Assembly (NCBI GenBank): GCA_964016885.1
Contig: OZ024743.1
Span: forward strand, 297,724,001 to 297,788,000
Reading direction: 5' to 3'
Length of the DNA stretch: 64,000 bases
DNA from: Eledone cirrhosa
Taxonomy: Eukaryota
A model generated the notes under the pieces. The model was not told the origin of the DNA. It was given only the letters and a program-made list of their open reading frames with translations, and did no database searches. Numbering within the stretch: position 1 is the first letter of the stretch; the number at the start of each line of letters is the position of its first letter. The translations under genes were made by a program, and so were the position numbers. Below are positions 40,325-54,878 of this stretch, piece after piece.

Positions 40325-41774
40325 AAAGACATTCATTTTGAAGTAGATGAATCAAAATGTTTTTAAATTCATTTTATTTTCATTATATATCTTGCGTATT
40401 AGATAGTTATGTATATATAATTTTGCATTTGTTAAAACAATATACATTCTATAGAGAGTTTACTTCATATATTTAACTGATACTTCAAGTTCTGTTATAA
40501 ATACTGCTATCTAAAACAAATAAAAATCACATCTTTTCTTCTGCTATTGCTACTTGTTCTCATTCACCATATATCGTAGATGAGATAGAGATTCATACAT
40601 ACACTACAAACTATCATACTAATCACCATAAACAACCTTATTATTGATAATCTAATAGAAAATCATAGTAAAATAAAACAAGTTAATTGAAATCTACTGT
40701 GTTTTATTGAGTAATTCAAATATCAAACAATGATAGTTCGATTAAAATCAAATAAATAAAATAGAAAATACATTATTATAATTTTCGAAGAAAAACGGTT
40801 CACAATCACGTCGAAACCTCCCAATAAGCGATGAAATGTAATTACAATTAGTAGCCTACCTTGTCCTGTTCTTATAAAAAGACACATTTGAATCCCCATA
40901 CAATTTAAAGCGAATATTTACAAAATTACATGGAATCATGATGGCAGAATTTCCCTTAGATGCACGTAAAAGACGTGATAATAGAAATATTTCAAACCGA
41001 GCCGTCTTTAAAATATGGTGGGTATATTATTCCAGGCATCATTTGTATTACAGTAATACTACCATTGACAAAATTAACTTGTGTTATAAAAGGTAACATT
41101 TTCACAATGAACGTTACATTTGTAAAACCTCTCTACTCAAATGCTTTCCTATGACGTCACAACATATATTTTTATATTTAGATTGGACGAATTAGTTTAG
41201 CATTTCTCACTTTAGTCAAGAAATGAGAACATCGCTAAAGAAGGAAATAAGCTGATATATTAAGGTAGTGTGTAAGATAGTGTGTAAATAGTGTTGAAAT
41301 CGAATGAAGAGGACATTTGGTTAAACACTGAATGTGACTAATAATGGATTGAAATGCTCCAATTTTTACTTTCAGATCTCTGGCATTCCTGTACTTTCCA
41401 TTTCTATTTCTGGATAATCAAATGGTCTATTTTATTTTTAACATAGCAAGAAAGAGTTTCAATCATGTAGTTTCGTTATTGTTTCTTTATATTTGTGAGA
41501 TCATATCTAACAATGTATACAAAATATCTCTGAATATACTTTTAAAAGAATCTATTGCATACATGAGTTCATGATAATTAGATGTAGTCATTGACGAGAG
41601 GAAAGAAGCACTGAGAGTGAGAGAAACTGGAAAACACGCAAAACCAAAGATATTGTTAGACAAATTATTGCCTTTTCAAATGAAAAATAATGAGAATAAA
41701 AGAATCGAGCGTGTAAGGAATTGAAGATTAAATAAGACTTACTAGACTAAACTTAAATATTATGGCAAAAACTG

Positions 41775-41855
41775 CGACGAAGATGAGATTCAAACTCATG
41801 TGGCACGATCCAAATGGATTAGCAGTCCATCGCCTAAACCACTCGCCATCTCGTC
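41775..41855 (-). pseudogene. tRNA-Ser(GCT) pseudogene
   Basis: A-box deletion, C56T. Confidence 0.8.
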
Positions 41856-42328
41856 AATTTTGATAAGAAAAGTGGAACTCTTCACATAGAAAACTGAAGT
41901 TTGAAATAAACGTTTATGAATATAATCGCTTGAAAGTTGATAATTTGGTGATAGAAGAATGTCAGCATTCTCATTCTATGATAGTATAGGAGAACCAAAG
42001 ATTACCAACTATTTTAAAGTATGAAAGGAAATAATCACTAAAATTGTTTTAAGTTATTTTATTGTTGTGTTTAAGAAACTTAAGACTGGTTTTAAGGGAA
42101 GACAGATTGGAATTAAGATTTCCCCTAGACCAACATCGAATGATAACATCTCTTCTATGCTATTACAATTTACATGATTTTCAGTGAAATTGAATTAAAT
42201 ATCCAAATGTTAGTTAATTCTCCGGACAAAATGTTGTCATCGACACGGAAGAATTAGAGTGACATTGAACGATAATATTGTCTAAAACATACCTACACTA
42301 ATTTAAATTGACAACCATTGAACGTACA

Positions 42329-42401
42329 GGGCTTGTGGCGCAATGGATAACGCGCCTGACTACGGATCAGGAGATTCCAGGTTCGACTCCTGGCAAGCTC
42401 G
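42329..42401 (+). tRNA. tRNA-Arg(ACG), consensus
   Basis: Consensus cloverleaf. Confidence 0.95.
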
Positions 42402-43853
42402 AAAGACTTTCATTTTCAAGTAGATGTATCAAAATGTTTTTAAATTCATTTTATTTTCATTATATATCTTGCGTATTAGATAGTTATGTATATATAATTT
42501 TGCATTTATTAAAACAATATACATTCTATAGAGAGTTTACTTCATATATTTAACTGATACTTCAAGTTCTGTTATAAATACTGCTATCTAAAACAAATAA
42601 AAATCACATCTTTTCTTCTGCTATTGCTACTTGTTCTCATTCACCATATATCGTAGATGAGATAGAGATTCATACATACACTACAAACTATCATACTAAT
42701 CACCATAAACAACCTTATTATTGATAATCTAATAGAAAATCATAGTAAAATAAAACAAGTTAATTGAAATCTACTGTGTTTTATTGAGTAATTGAAATAT
42801 CAAACAATGATAGTTCGATTAAAATCAAATAAATAAAATAGAAAATACATTATTATAATTTTCGAAGAAAAACGGTTCACAATCACGTCGAAACCTCCCA
42901 ATAAGCGATGAAATGTAATTACAATTGGTAGCCTACCTTGTCCTGTTCTTATAAAAAGACACATTTGAATCCCCATACAATTTAAAGCGAATATTTACAA
43001 AATTACATGGAATCATGATGGCAGAATTTCCCTTAGATGTACGTAAAAGACGTGATAATAGAAATATTTCAAACCGAGCCGTCTTTAAAATATGGTGGGT
43101 ATATTATTCCAGGCATCATTTGTATTACAGTAATACTACCATTGACAAAATTAACTTGTGTTATAAAAGGTAACATTTTCACAATGAACGTTACATTTGT
43201 AAAACCTCTCTACTCAAATGCTTTCCTATGACGTCACAACATATATTTTTATATTTAGATTGGACGAATTAGTTTAGCATTTCTCACTTTAGTCAAGAAA
43301 TGAGAACATCGCTAAAGAAGGAAATAAGCTGATATAGTAAGGTAGTGTGTAAGATAATGTGTAAATAGTGTTAAAATCGAATGAAGAGGACATTTGGTTA
43401 AACACTGAATGTGACTAATAATGGATTAAAATGCTCCAATTTTTACTTTCAGATCTCTGGCATTCCTGTACTTTCCAGTTCTATTTCTTGATAATCAAAT
43501 GCTCTATTTTATTTTTAACATAGCAAGAAAGAGTTTCAATCATGTAGTTTCGTTATTGTTTCTTTATATTTGTGAGATCATATCTAACAATGTATACAAA
43601 ATATCTCTGAATATACTTTTAAAAGAATCTATTGCATACATGAGTTCAGAATAATTAGATGTAGTCATTGACGAGAGGAAAGAACCGATTAGAGTGGGAG
43701 AAACTGGAAAACACGCAAAACCAAAGATATTGTTACAGACAAATTATAGCCTTTTCAAATGAAAAATAATGAGAAATAATGAATCGAGCGTGTAAGGAAT
43801 TGAAGATTAAATAAGGCTTACTAAACTAAACTTAAATATTATGGCAAAAACTA

Positions 43854-43935
43854 CGACGAAGATGAGATTCGAACTCATGCGGGACGATCCAAATGTATTA
43901 GCAGTCCATCGCCTAAACCACTCGGCCACCTCGTC
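43854..43935 (-). tRNA. tRNA-Ser(GCT), boxes intact, G30-A40 mismatch
   Basis: A and B boxes intact. Confidence 0.7.
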
Positions 43936-44408
43936 AATTTTGATAAGAAAAGTGGAACGCTTCACATAAAAAACTGAAGTTTGAAATAAACGTTTATGAA
44001 TATAATCGCTTGAAAGTTGATAATTTGGTGATAGAAGAATGTCAGCATTCTCATTCTATGATAGTATGGGAGAACCAAAGATTACCAACTATTTTAAAGT
44101 ATGAAAGGAAGTAATCACTAAAATTGTTTTAAGTTATTTTATGGTTGTGTTTAAGAAACCTAAGACTAGTTTTAAGGGAAGACAGATTGGAATTAAGATT
44201 TCCCCCAGACCAATATCGAATGATAACATCTCTTCTATGCTATTACAATTTACTTGATTTCCAGTGAAATTGAATTAAATATCCAAATGTTAGTTAATTT
44301 TCCGGACAAAATGTTGTCATCGACACGGAAGAATTAGAGTGACATTCAACGATAATATTGTCTAAAACATACCTATACTAATTTAAATTGACAACCGTTG
44401 ACTAAACT

Positions 44409-44481
44409 GGGCTTGTGGCGCAATGGATAACGCGCCTGACTACGGATCAGGAGATTCCAGGTTCGACTCCTGGCAAGCTCG
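44409..44481 (+). tRNA. tRNA-Arg(ACG), consensus
   Basis: Consensus cloverleaf. Confidence 0.95.
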
Positions 44482-45933
44482 AAAGACTTTCATTTTGAAG
44501 TAGATGTATCAAAATGTTTTTAAATTCATTTTATTTTCGTTATATATCTTGCGTATTAGATAGTTATGTATATATAATTTTGCATTTATTAAAACAATAT
44601 ACATTCTATAGAGAGTTTACTTCATATATTTAACTAATACTTCAAGTTCTGTTATAAATACTGCTATCTAAAACAAATAAAAATCACATCTTTTCTTCTG
44701 CTATTGCTACTTGTTCTCATTCACCATATATCGTAGATGAGATAGAGATTCATACATACACTACAAACTATCATACTAATCACCATAAACAACCTTATTA
44801 TTGATAATCTAATAGAAAATCATAGTAAAATAAAACAAGTTAATTGAAATCTACTGTGTTTTATTGAGTAATTGAAATATCAAACAATGATAGTTCGATT
44901 AAAATCAAATAAATAAAATAGAAAATACATTATTATAATTTTCGAAGAAAAACGGTTCACAATCACGTCGAAACCTCCCAATAAGCGATGAAATGTAATT
45001 ACAATTAGTAGCCTACCTTGTCCTGTTCTTATAAAAAGACACATTTGAATCCCCATACAATTTAAAGCGAATATTTACAAAATTACATGGAATCATGATG
45101 GCAGAATTTCCCTTAGATGCACGTAAAAGACGTGATAATAGAAATATTTCAAACCGAGCCGTCTTTAAAATATGGTGGGTATATTATTCCAGGCATCATT
45201 TGTATTACAGTAATACTACCATTGACAAAATTAACTTGTGTTATAAAAGGTAACATTTTCACAATGAACGTTACATTTGTAAAACCTCTCTACTCAAATG
45301 CTTTCCTATGACGTCACAACATATATTTTTATATTTAGATTGGACGAATTAGTTTAGCATTTCTCACTTTAGTCAAGAAATGAGAACATCGCTAAAGAAG
45401 GAAATAAGCTGATATAGTAAGGTAGTGTGTAAGATAATGTGTAAATAGTGTTAAAATCGAATGAAGAGGACATTTGGTTAAACACTGAATGTGACTAATA
45501 ATGGATTAAAATGCTCCAATTTTTACTTTCAGATCTCTGGCATTCCTGTACTTTCCAGTTCTATTTCTTGATAATCAAATGGTCTATTTTATTTTTAACA
45601 TAGCAAGAAAGAGTTTCAATCATGTAGTTTCGTTATTGTTTCTTTATATTTGTGAGATCATATCTAACAATGTATACAAAATATCTCTGAATATACTTTT
45701 AAAAGAATCTATTGCATACATGAGTTCAGAATAATTAGATGTAGTCATTGACGAGAGGAAATAACCGATTAGAGTGGGAGAAACTGGAAAACACGCAAAA
45801 CCAAAGATATTGTTACAGACAAATTATAGCCTTTTCAAATGAAAAATAATGAGAAATAATGAATCGAGCGTGTAAGGAATTGAAGATTAAATAAGGCTTA
45901 CTAAACTAAACTTAAATATTATGGCAAAAACTA

Positions 45934-46014
45934 CGACGAAGATGAGATTCGAACTCATGCGGGACGATCCAAATGGATTAGCAGTCCATCGCCTAAACCA
46001 CTCGCCTTCTCGTC
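45934..46014 (-). pseudogene. tRNA-Ser(GCT) mosaic pseudogene
   Basis: Intact B box and anticodon stem, but A-box deletion. Confidence 0.78.
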
Positions 46015-46487
46015 AATTTTGATAAGAAAAGTGGAACTCTTCACATAGAAAACTGAAGTTTGAAATAAACGTTTATGAATATAATCGCTTGAAAGTTGAT
46101 AATTTGGTGATAGAAGAATGTCAGCATTCTCATTCTATGATAGTATGGGAGAACCAAAGATTACCAACTATTTTAAAGTATGAAAGGAAATAATCACTAA
46201 AATTGTTTTAAGTTATTTTATTGTTGTGTTTAAGAAACTTAAGACTGGTTTTAAGGGAAGACAGATTGGAATTAAGATTTCCCCTAGACCAACATCGAAT
46301 GATAACATCTCTTCTATGCTATTACAATTTACATGATTTTCAGTGAAATTGAATTAAATATCCAAATGTTAGTTAATTCTCCGGACAAAATGTTGTCATC
46401 GACACGGAAGAATTAGAGTGACATTGAACGATAATATTGTCTAAAACATACCTACACTAATTTAAATTGACAACCATTGAACGTACA

Positions 46488-46560
46488 GGGCTTGTGGCGC
46501 AATGGATAACGCGCCTGACTACGGATCAGGAGATTCCAGGTTCGACTCCTGGCAAGCTCG
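46488..46560 (+). tRNA. tRNA-Arg(ACG), consensus
   Basis: Consensus cloverleaf. Confidence 0.95.
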
Positions 46561-48012
46561 AAAGACTTTCATTTTCAAGTAGATGTATCAAAATGTTTTT
46601 AAATTCATTTTATTTTCATTATATATCTTGCGTATTAGATAGTTATGTATATATAATTTTGCATTTATTAAAACAATATACATTCTATAGAGAGTTTACT
46701 TCATATATTTAACTGATACTTCAAGTTCTGTTATAAATACTGCTATCTAAAACAAATAAAAATCACATCTTTTCTTCTGCTATTGCTACTTGTTCTCATT
46801 CACCATATATCGTAGATGAGATAGAGATTCATACATACACTACAAACTATCATACTAATCACCATAAACAACCTTATTATTGATAATCTAATAGAAAATC
46901 ATAGTAAAATAAAACAAGTTAATTGAAATCTACTGTGTTTTATTGAGTAATTGAAATATCAAACAATGATAGTTCGATTAAAATCAAATAAATAAAATAG
47001 AAAATACATTATTATAATTTTCGAAGAAAAACGGTTCACAATCACGTCGAAACCTCCCAATAAGCGATGAAATGTAATTACAATTAGTAGCCTACCTTGT
47101 CCTGTTCTTATAAAAAGACACATTTGAATCCCCATACAATTTAAAGCGAATATTTACAAAATTACATGGAATCATGATGGCAGAATTTCCCTTAGATGTA
47201 CGTAAAAGACGTGATAATAGAAATATTTCAAACCGAGCCGTCTTTAAAATATGGTGGGTATATTATTCCAGGCATCATTTGTATTACAGTAATACTACCA
47301 TTGACAAAATTAACTTGTGTTATAAAAGGTAACATTTTCACAATGAACGTTACATTTGTAAAACCTCTCTACTCAAATGCTTTCCTATGACGTCACAACA
47401 TATATTTTTATATTTAGATTGGACGAATTAGTTTAGCATTTCTCACTTTAGTCAAGAAATGAGAACATCGCTAAAGAAGGAAATAAGCTGATATAGTAAG
47501 GTAGTGTGTAAGATAATGTGTAAATAGTGTTAAAATCGAATGAAGAGGACATTTGGTTAAACACTGAATGTGACTAATAATGGATTAAAATGCTCCAATT
47601 TTTACTTTCAGATCTCTGGCATTCCTGTACTTTCCAGTTCTATTTCTTGATAATCAAATGCTCTATTTTATTTTTAACATAGCAAGAAAGAGTTTCAATC
47701 ATGTAGTTTCGTTATTGTTTCTTTATATTTGTGAGATCATATCTAACAATGTATACAAAATATCTCTGAATATACTTTTAAAAGAATCTATTGCATACAT
47801 GAGTTCAGAATAATTAGATGTAGTCATTGACGAGAGGAAAGAACCGATTAGAGTGGGAGAAACTGGAAAACACGCAAAACCAAAGATATTGTTACAGACA
47901 AATTATAGCCTTTTCAAATGAAAAATAATGAGAAATAATGAATCGAGCGTGTAAGGAATTGAAGATTAAATAAGGCTTACTAAACTAAACTTAAATATTA
48001 TGGCAAAAACTA

Positions 48013-48094
48013 CGACGAAGATGAGATTCGAACTCATGCGGGACGATCCAAATGTATTAGCAGTCCATCGCCTAAACCACTCGGCCACCTCGTC
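48013..48094 (-). tRNA. tRNA-Ser(GCT), boxes intact, G30-A40 mismatch
   Basis: A and B boxes intact. Confidence 0.7.
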
Positions 48095-48567
48095 AATTTT
48101 GATGAGAAAAGTGGAACGCTTCACATAAAAAACTGAAGTTTGAAATAAACGTTTATGAATATAATCGCTTGAAAGTTGATAATTTGGTGATAGAAGAATG
48201 TCAGCATTCTCATTCTATGATAGTATGGGAGAACCAAAGATTACCAACTATTTTAAAGTATGAAAGGAAGTAATCACTAAAATTGTTTTAAGTTATTTTA
48301 TGGTTGTGTTTAAGAAACCTAAGACTAGTTTTAAGGGAAGACAGATTGGAATTAAGATTTCCCCCAGACCAATATCGAATGATAACATCTCTTCTATGCT
48401 ATTACAATTTACTTGATTTCCAGTGAAATTGAATTAAATATCCAAATGTTAGTTAATTTTCCGGACAAAATGTTGTCATCGACACGGAAGAATTAGAGTG
48501 ACATTCAACGATAATATTGTCTAAAACATACCTATACTAATTTAAATTGACAACCATTGACTAAACT

Positions 48568-48640
48568 GGGCTTGTGGCGCAATGGATAACGCGCCTGACT
48601 ACGGATCAGGAGATTCCAGGTTCGACTCCTGGCAAGCTCG
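48568..48640 (+). tRNA. tRNA-Arg(ACG), consensus
   Basis: Consensus cloverleaf. Confidence 0.95.
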
Positions 48641-50092
48641 AAAGACTTTCATTTTGAAGTAGATGTATCAAAATGTTTTTAAATTCATTTTATTTTCGTT
48701 ATATATCTTGCGTATTAGATAGTTATGTATATATAATTTTGCATTTATTAAAACAATATACATTCTATAGAGAGTTTACTTCATATATTTAACTAATACT
48801 TCAAGTTCTGTTATAAATACTGCTATCTAAAACAAATAAAAATCACATCTTTTCTTCTGCTATTGCTACTTGTTCTCATTCACCATATATCGTAGATGAG
48901 ATAGAGATTCATACATACACTACAAACTATCATACTAATCACCATAAACAACCTTATTATTGATAATCTAATAGAAAATCATAGTAAAATAAAACAAGTT
49001 AATTGAAATCTACTGTGTTTTATTGAGTAATTGAAATATCAAACAATGATAGTTCGATTAAAATCAAATAAATAAAATAGAAAATACATTATTATAATTT
49101 TCGAAGAAAAACGGTTCACAATCACGTCGAAACCTCCCAATAAGCGATGAAATGTAATTACAATTAGTAGCCTACCTTGTCCTGTTCTTATAAAAAGACA
49201 CATTTGAATCCCCATACAATTTAAAGCGAATATTTACAAAATTACATGGAATCATGATGGCAGAATTTCCCTTAGATGCACGTAAAAGACGTGATAATAG
49301 AAATATTTCAAACCGAGCCGTCTTTAAAATATGGTGGGTATATTATTCCAGGCATCATTTGTATTACAGTAATACTACCATTGACAAAATTAACTTGTGT
49401 TATAAAAGGTAACATTTTCACAATGAACGTTACATTTGTAAAACCTCTCTACTCAAATGCTTTCCTATGACGTCACAACATATATTTTTATATTTAGATT
49501 GGACGAATTAGTTTAGCATTTCTCACTTTAGTCAAGAAATGAGAACATCGCTAAAGAAGGAAATAAGCTGATATAGTAAGGTAGTGTGTAAGATAATGTG
49601 TAAATAGTGTTAAAATCGAATAAAGAGGACATTTGGTTAAACACTGAATGTGACTAATAATGGATTAAAATGCTCCAATTTTTACTTTCAGATCTCTGGC
49701 ATTCCTGTACTTTCCAGTTCTATTTCTTGATAATCAAATGGTCTATTTTATTTTTAACATAGCAAGAAAGAGTTTCAATCATGTAGTTTCGTTATTGTTT
49801 CTTTATATTTGTGAGATCATATCTAACAATGTATACAAAATATCTCTGAATATACTTTTAAAAGAATCTATTGCATACATGAGTTCAGAATAATTAGATG
49901 TAGTCATTGACGAGAGGAAAGAACCGATTAGAGTGGGAGAAACTGGAAAACACGCAAAACCAAAGATATTGTTACAGACAAATTATAGCCTTTTCAAATG
50001 AAAAATAATGAGAAATAATGAATCGAGCGTGTAAGGAATTGAAGATTAAATAAGGCTTACTAAACTAAACTTAAATATTATGGCAAAAACTA

Positions 50093-50173
50093 CGACGAAG
50101 ATGAGATTCGAACTCATGCGGGACGATCCAAATGGATTAGCAGTCCATCGCCTAAACCACTCGCCATCTCGTC
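50093..50173 (-). pseudogene. tRNA-Ser(GCT) mosaic pseudogene
   Basis: Intact B box and anticodon stem, but A-box deletion. Confidence 0.78.
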
Positions 50174-50646
50174 AATTTTGATAAGAAAAGTGGAACTCTT
50201 CACATAGAAAACTGAAGTTTGAAATAAACGTTTATGAATATAATCGCTTGAAAGTTGATAATTTGGTGATAGAAGAATGTCAGCATTCTCATTCTATGAT
50301 AGTATAGGAGAACCAAAGATTACCAACTATTTTAAAGTATGAAAGGAAATAATCACTAAAATTGTTTTAAGTTATTTTATTGTTGTGTTTAAGAAACTTA
50401 AGACTGGTTTTAAGGGAAGACAGATTGGAATTAAGATTTCCCCCAGACCAACATCGAATGATAACATCTTTTCTATGCTATTACAATTTACATGATTTTC
50501 AGTGAAATTGAATTAAATATCCAAATGTTAGTTAATTCTCCGGACAAAATGTTGTCATCGACACGGAAGAATTAGAGTGACATTGAACGATAATATTGTC
50601 TAAAACATAACTACACTAATTTAAATTGACAACCATTGAACGTACA

Positions 50647-50719
50647 GGGCTTGTGGCGCAATGGATAACGCGCCTGACTACGGATCAGGAGATTCCAGGT
50701 TCGACTCCTGGCAAGCTCG
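50647..50719 (+). tRNA. tRNA-Arg(ACG), consensus
   Basis: Consensus cloverleaf. Confidence 0.95.
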
Positions 50720-52171
50720 AAAGACTTTCATTTTGAAGTAGATGTATCAAAATGTTTTTAAATTCATTTTATTTTCATTATATATCTTGCGTATTAGATA
50801 GTTATGTATATATAATTTTGCATTTATTAAAACAATATACATTCTATAGAGAGTTTACTTCATATATTTAACTGATACTTCAAGTTCTGTTATAAATACT
50901 GCTATCTAAAACAAATAAAAATCACATCTTTTCTTCTGCTATTGCTACTTGTTCTCATTCACCATATATCGTAGATGAGATAGAGATTCATACATACACT
51001 ACAAACTATCATACTAATCACCATAAACAACCTTATTATTGATAATCTAATAGAAAATCATAGTAAAATAAAACAAGTTAATTGAAATCTACTGTGTTTT
51101 ATTGAGTAATTGAAATATCAAACAATGATAGTTCGATTAAAATCAAATAAATAAAATAGAAAATACATTATTATAATTTTCGAAGAAAAACGGTTCACAA
51201 TCACGTCGAAACCTCCCAATAAGCGATGAAATGTAATTACAATTAGTAGCCTACCTTGTCCTGTTCTTATAAAAAGACACATTTGAATCACCATACAATT
51301 TAAAGCGAATATTTACAAAATTACATGGAATCATGATGGCAGAATTTCCCTTAGATGCACGTAAAAGACGTGATAATAGAAATATTTCAAACCGAGCCGT
51401 CTTTAAAATATGGTGGGTATATTATTCCAGGCATCATTTGTATTACAGTAATACTACCATTGACAAAATTAACTTGTGTTATAAAAGGTAACATTTTCAC
51501 AATGAACGTTACATTTGTAAAACCTCTCTACTCAAATGCTTTCCTATGACGTCACAACATATATTTTTATATTTAGATTGGACGAATTAGTTTAGCATTT
51601 CTCACTTTAGTCAAGAAATGAGAACATCGCTAAAGAAGGAAATAAGCTGATATAGTAAGGTAGTGTGTAAGATAATGTGTAAATAGTGTTAAAATCGAAT
51701 GAAGAGGACATTTGGTTAAACACTGAATGTGACTAATAATGGATTGAAATGCTCCAATTTTTACTTTCAGATCTCTGGCATTCCTGTACTTTCCAGTTCT
51801 ATTTCTTGATAATCAAATGGTCTATTTTATTTTTAACATAGCAAGAAAGAGTTTCAATCATGTAGTTTCGTTATTGTTTCTTTATATTTGTGAGATCATA
51901 TCTAACAATGTATACAAAATATCTCTGAATATACTTTTAAAAGAATCTATTGCATACATGAGTTCAGAATAATTAGATGTAGTCATTGACGAGAGGAAAG
52001 AACCGATTAGAGTGGGAGAAACTGGAAAACACGCAAAACCAAAGATATTGTTACAGACAAATTATAGCCTTTTCAAATGAAAAATAATGAGAAATAATGA
52101 ATCGAGCGTGTAAGGAATTGAAGATTAAATAAGGCTTACTAAACTAAACTTAAATATTATGGCAAAAACTA

Positions 52172-52252
52172 CGACGAAGATGAGATTCGAACTCATGCGG
52201 GACGATCCAAATGGATTAGCAGTCCATCGCCTAAACCACTCGCCATCTCGTC
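52172..52252 (-). pseudogene. tRNA-Ser(GCT) mosaic pseudogene
   Basis: Same as the copy at 50093. Confidence 0.78.
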
Positions 52253-52725
52253 AATTTTGATAAGAAAAGTGGAACTCTTCACATAGAAAACTGAAGTTTG
52301 AAATAAACGTTTATGAATATAATCGCTTGAAAGTTGATAATTTGGTGATAGAAGAATGTCAGCATTCTCATTCTATGATAGTATAGGAGAACCAAAGATT
52401 ACCAACTATTTTAAAGTATGAAAGGAAATAATCACTAAAATTGTTTTAAGTTATTTTATTGTTGTGTTTAAGAAACTTAAGACTGGTTTTAAGGGAAGAC
52501 AGATTGGAATTAAGATTTCCCCCAGACCAACATCGAATGATAACATCTTTTCTATGCTATTACAATTTACATGATTTTCAGTGAAATTGAATTAAATATC
52601 CAAATGTTAGTTAATTCTCCGGACAAAATGTTGTCATCGACACGGAAGAATTAGAGTGACATTGAACGATAATATTGTCTAAAACATAACTACACTAATT
52701 TAAATTGACAACCATTGAACGTACA

Positions 52726-52798
52726 GGGCTTGTGGCGCAATGGATAACGCGCCTGACTACGGATCAGGAGATTCCAGGTTCGACTCCTGGCAAGCTCG
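52726..52798 (+). tRNA. tRNA-Arg(ACG), consensus
   Basis: Consensus cloverleaf. Confidence 0.95.
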
Positions 52799-54250
52799 AA
52801 AGACTTTCATTTTGAAGTAGATGTATCAAAATGTTTTTAAATTCATTTTATTTTCATTATATATCTTGCGTATTAGATAGTTATGTATATATAATTTTGC
52901 ATTTATTAAAACAATATACATTCTATAGAGAGTTTACTTCATATATTTAACTGATACTTCAAGTTCTGTTATAAATACTGCTATCTAAAACAAATAAAAA
53001 TCACATCTTTTCTTCTGCTATTGCTACTTGTTCTCATTCACCATATATCGTAGATGAGATAGAGATTCATACATACACTACAAACTATCATACTAATCAC
53101 CATAAACAACCTTATTATTGATAATCTAATAGAAAATCATAGTAAAATAAAACAAGTTAATTGAAATCTACTGTGTTTTATTGAGTAATTGAAATATCAA
53201 ACAATGATAGTTCGATTAAAATCAAATAAATAAAATAGAAAATACATTATTATAATTTTCGAAGAAAAACGGTTCACAATCACGTCGAAACCTCCCAATA
53301 AGCGATGAAATGTAATTACAATTAGTAGCCTACCTTGTCCTGTTCTTATAAAAAGACACATTTGAATCACCATACAATTTAAAGCGAATATTTACAAAAT
53401 TACATGGAATCATGATGGCAGAATTTCCCTTAGATGCACGTAAAAGACGTGATAATAGAAATATTTCAAACCGAGCCGTCTTTAAAATATGGTGGGTATA
53501 TTATTCCAGGCATCATTTGTATTACAGTAATACTACCATTGACAAAATTAACTTGTGTTATAAAAGGTAACATTTTCACAATGAACGTTACATTTGTAAA
53601 ACCTCTCTACTCAAATGCTTTCCTATGACGTCACAACATATATTTTTATATTTAGATTGGACGAATTAGTTTAGCATTTCTCACTTTAGTCAAGAAATGA
53701 GAACATCGCTAAAGAAGGAAATAAGCTGATATAGTAAGGTAGTGTGTAAGATAATGTGTAAATAGTGTTAAAATCGAATGAAGAGGACATTTGGTTAAAC
53801 ACTGAATGTGACTAATAATGGATTGAAATGCTCCAATTTTTACTTTCAGATCTCTGGCATTCCTGTACTTTCCAGTTCTATTTCTTGATAATCAAATGGT
53901 CTATTTTATTTTTAACATAGCGAGAAAGAGTTTCAATCTTGTAGTTTCGTTATTGTTTCTTTATATTTGTGAGATCATATCTAACAATGTATACAAAATA
54001 TCTCTGAATATACTTTTAAAAGAATCTATTGCATACATGAGTTCAGAATAATTAGATGTAGTCATTGACGAGAGGAAAGAACCGATTAGAGTGGGAGAAA
54101 CTGGAAAACACGCAAAACCAAAGATATTGTTACAGACAAATTATAGCCTTTTCAAATGAAAAATAATGAGAAATAATGAATCGAGCGTGTAAGGAATTGA
54201 AGATTAAATAAGGCTTACTAGACTAAACTTAAATATTATGGCAAAAACTA

Positions 54251-54332
54251 CGACGAAGATGAGATTCGAACTCATGCGGGACGATCCAAATGTATTAGCA
54301 GTCCATCGCCTAAACCACTCGGCCACCTCGTC
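54251..54332 (-). tRNA. tRNA-Ser(GCT), boxes intact, G30-A40 mismatch
   Basis: A and B boxes intact. Confidence 0.7.
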
Positions 54333-54805
54333 AATTTTGATGAGAAAAGTGGAACTCTTCACATAGAAAACTGAAGTTTGAAATAAACGTTTATGAATAT
54401 AATCGCTTGAAAGTTGATAATTTGGTGATAGAAGAATGTCAGCATTCTCATTCTATGATAGTATGGGAGAACCAAAGATTACCAACTATTTTAAAGTATG
54501 AAAGGAAGTAATCACTAAAATTGTTTTAAGTTATTTTATGGTTGTGTTTAAGAAACCTAAGACTAGTTTTAAGGGAAGACAGATTGGAATTAAGATTTCC
54601 CCCAGACCAACATCGAATGATAACATCTCTTCTATGCTATTACAATTTACTTGATTTCCAGTGAAATTGAATTAAATATCCAAATGTTAGTTAATTTTCC
54701 GGACAAAATGTTGTCATCGACACGGAAGAATTAGAGTGACATTCAACGATAATATTGTCTAAAACATACCTATACTAATTTAAATTGACAACCATTGACT
54801 AAACT

Positions 54806-54878
54806 GGGCTTGTGGCGCAATGGATAACGCGCCTGACTTCGGATCAGGAGATTCCAGGTTCGACTCCTGGCAAGCTCG
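54806..54878 (+). tRNA. tRNA-Arg(TCG), derived from the ACG body
   Basis: CCTGA-CT-TCG-GA-TCAGG, anticodon 54839-54841; otherwise consensus. Confidence 0.88.

Noticed and set aside
23587-46712. Repeated 81-aa ORF (MTTIERTGLVAQW...)
   Set aside because: It reads through the tRNA-Arg gene, has a non-ATG start, and is open only in copies with a TGA>TCA variant.
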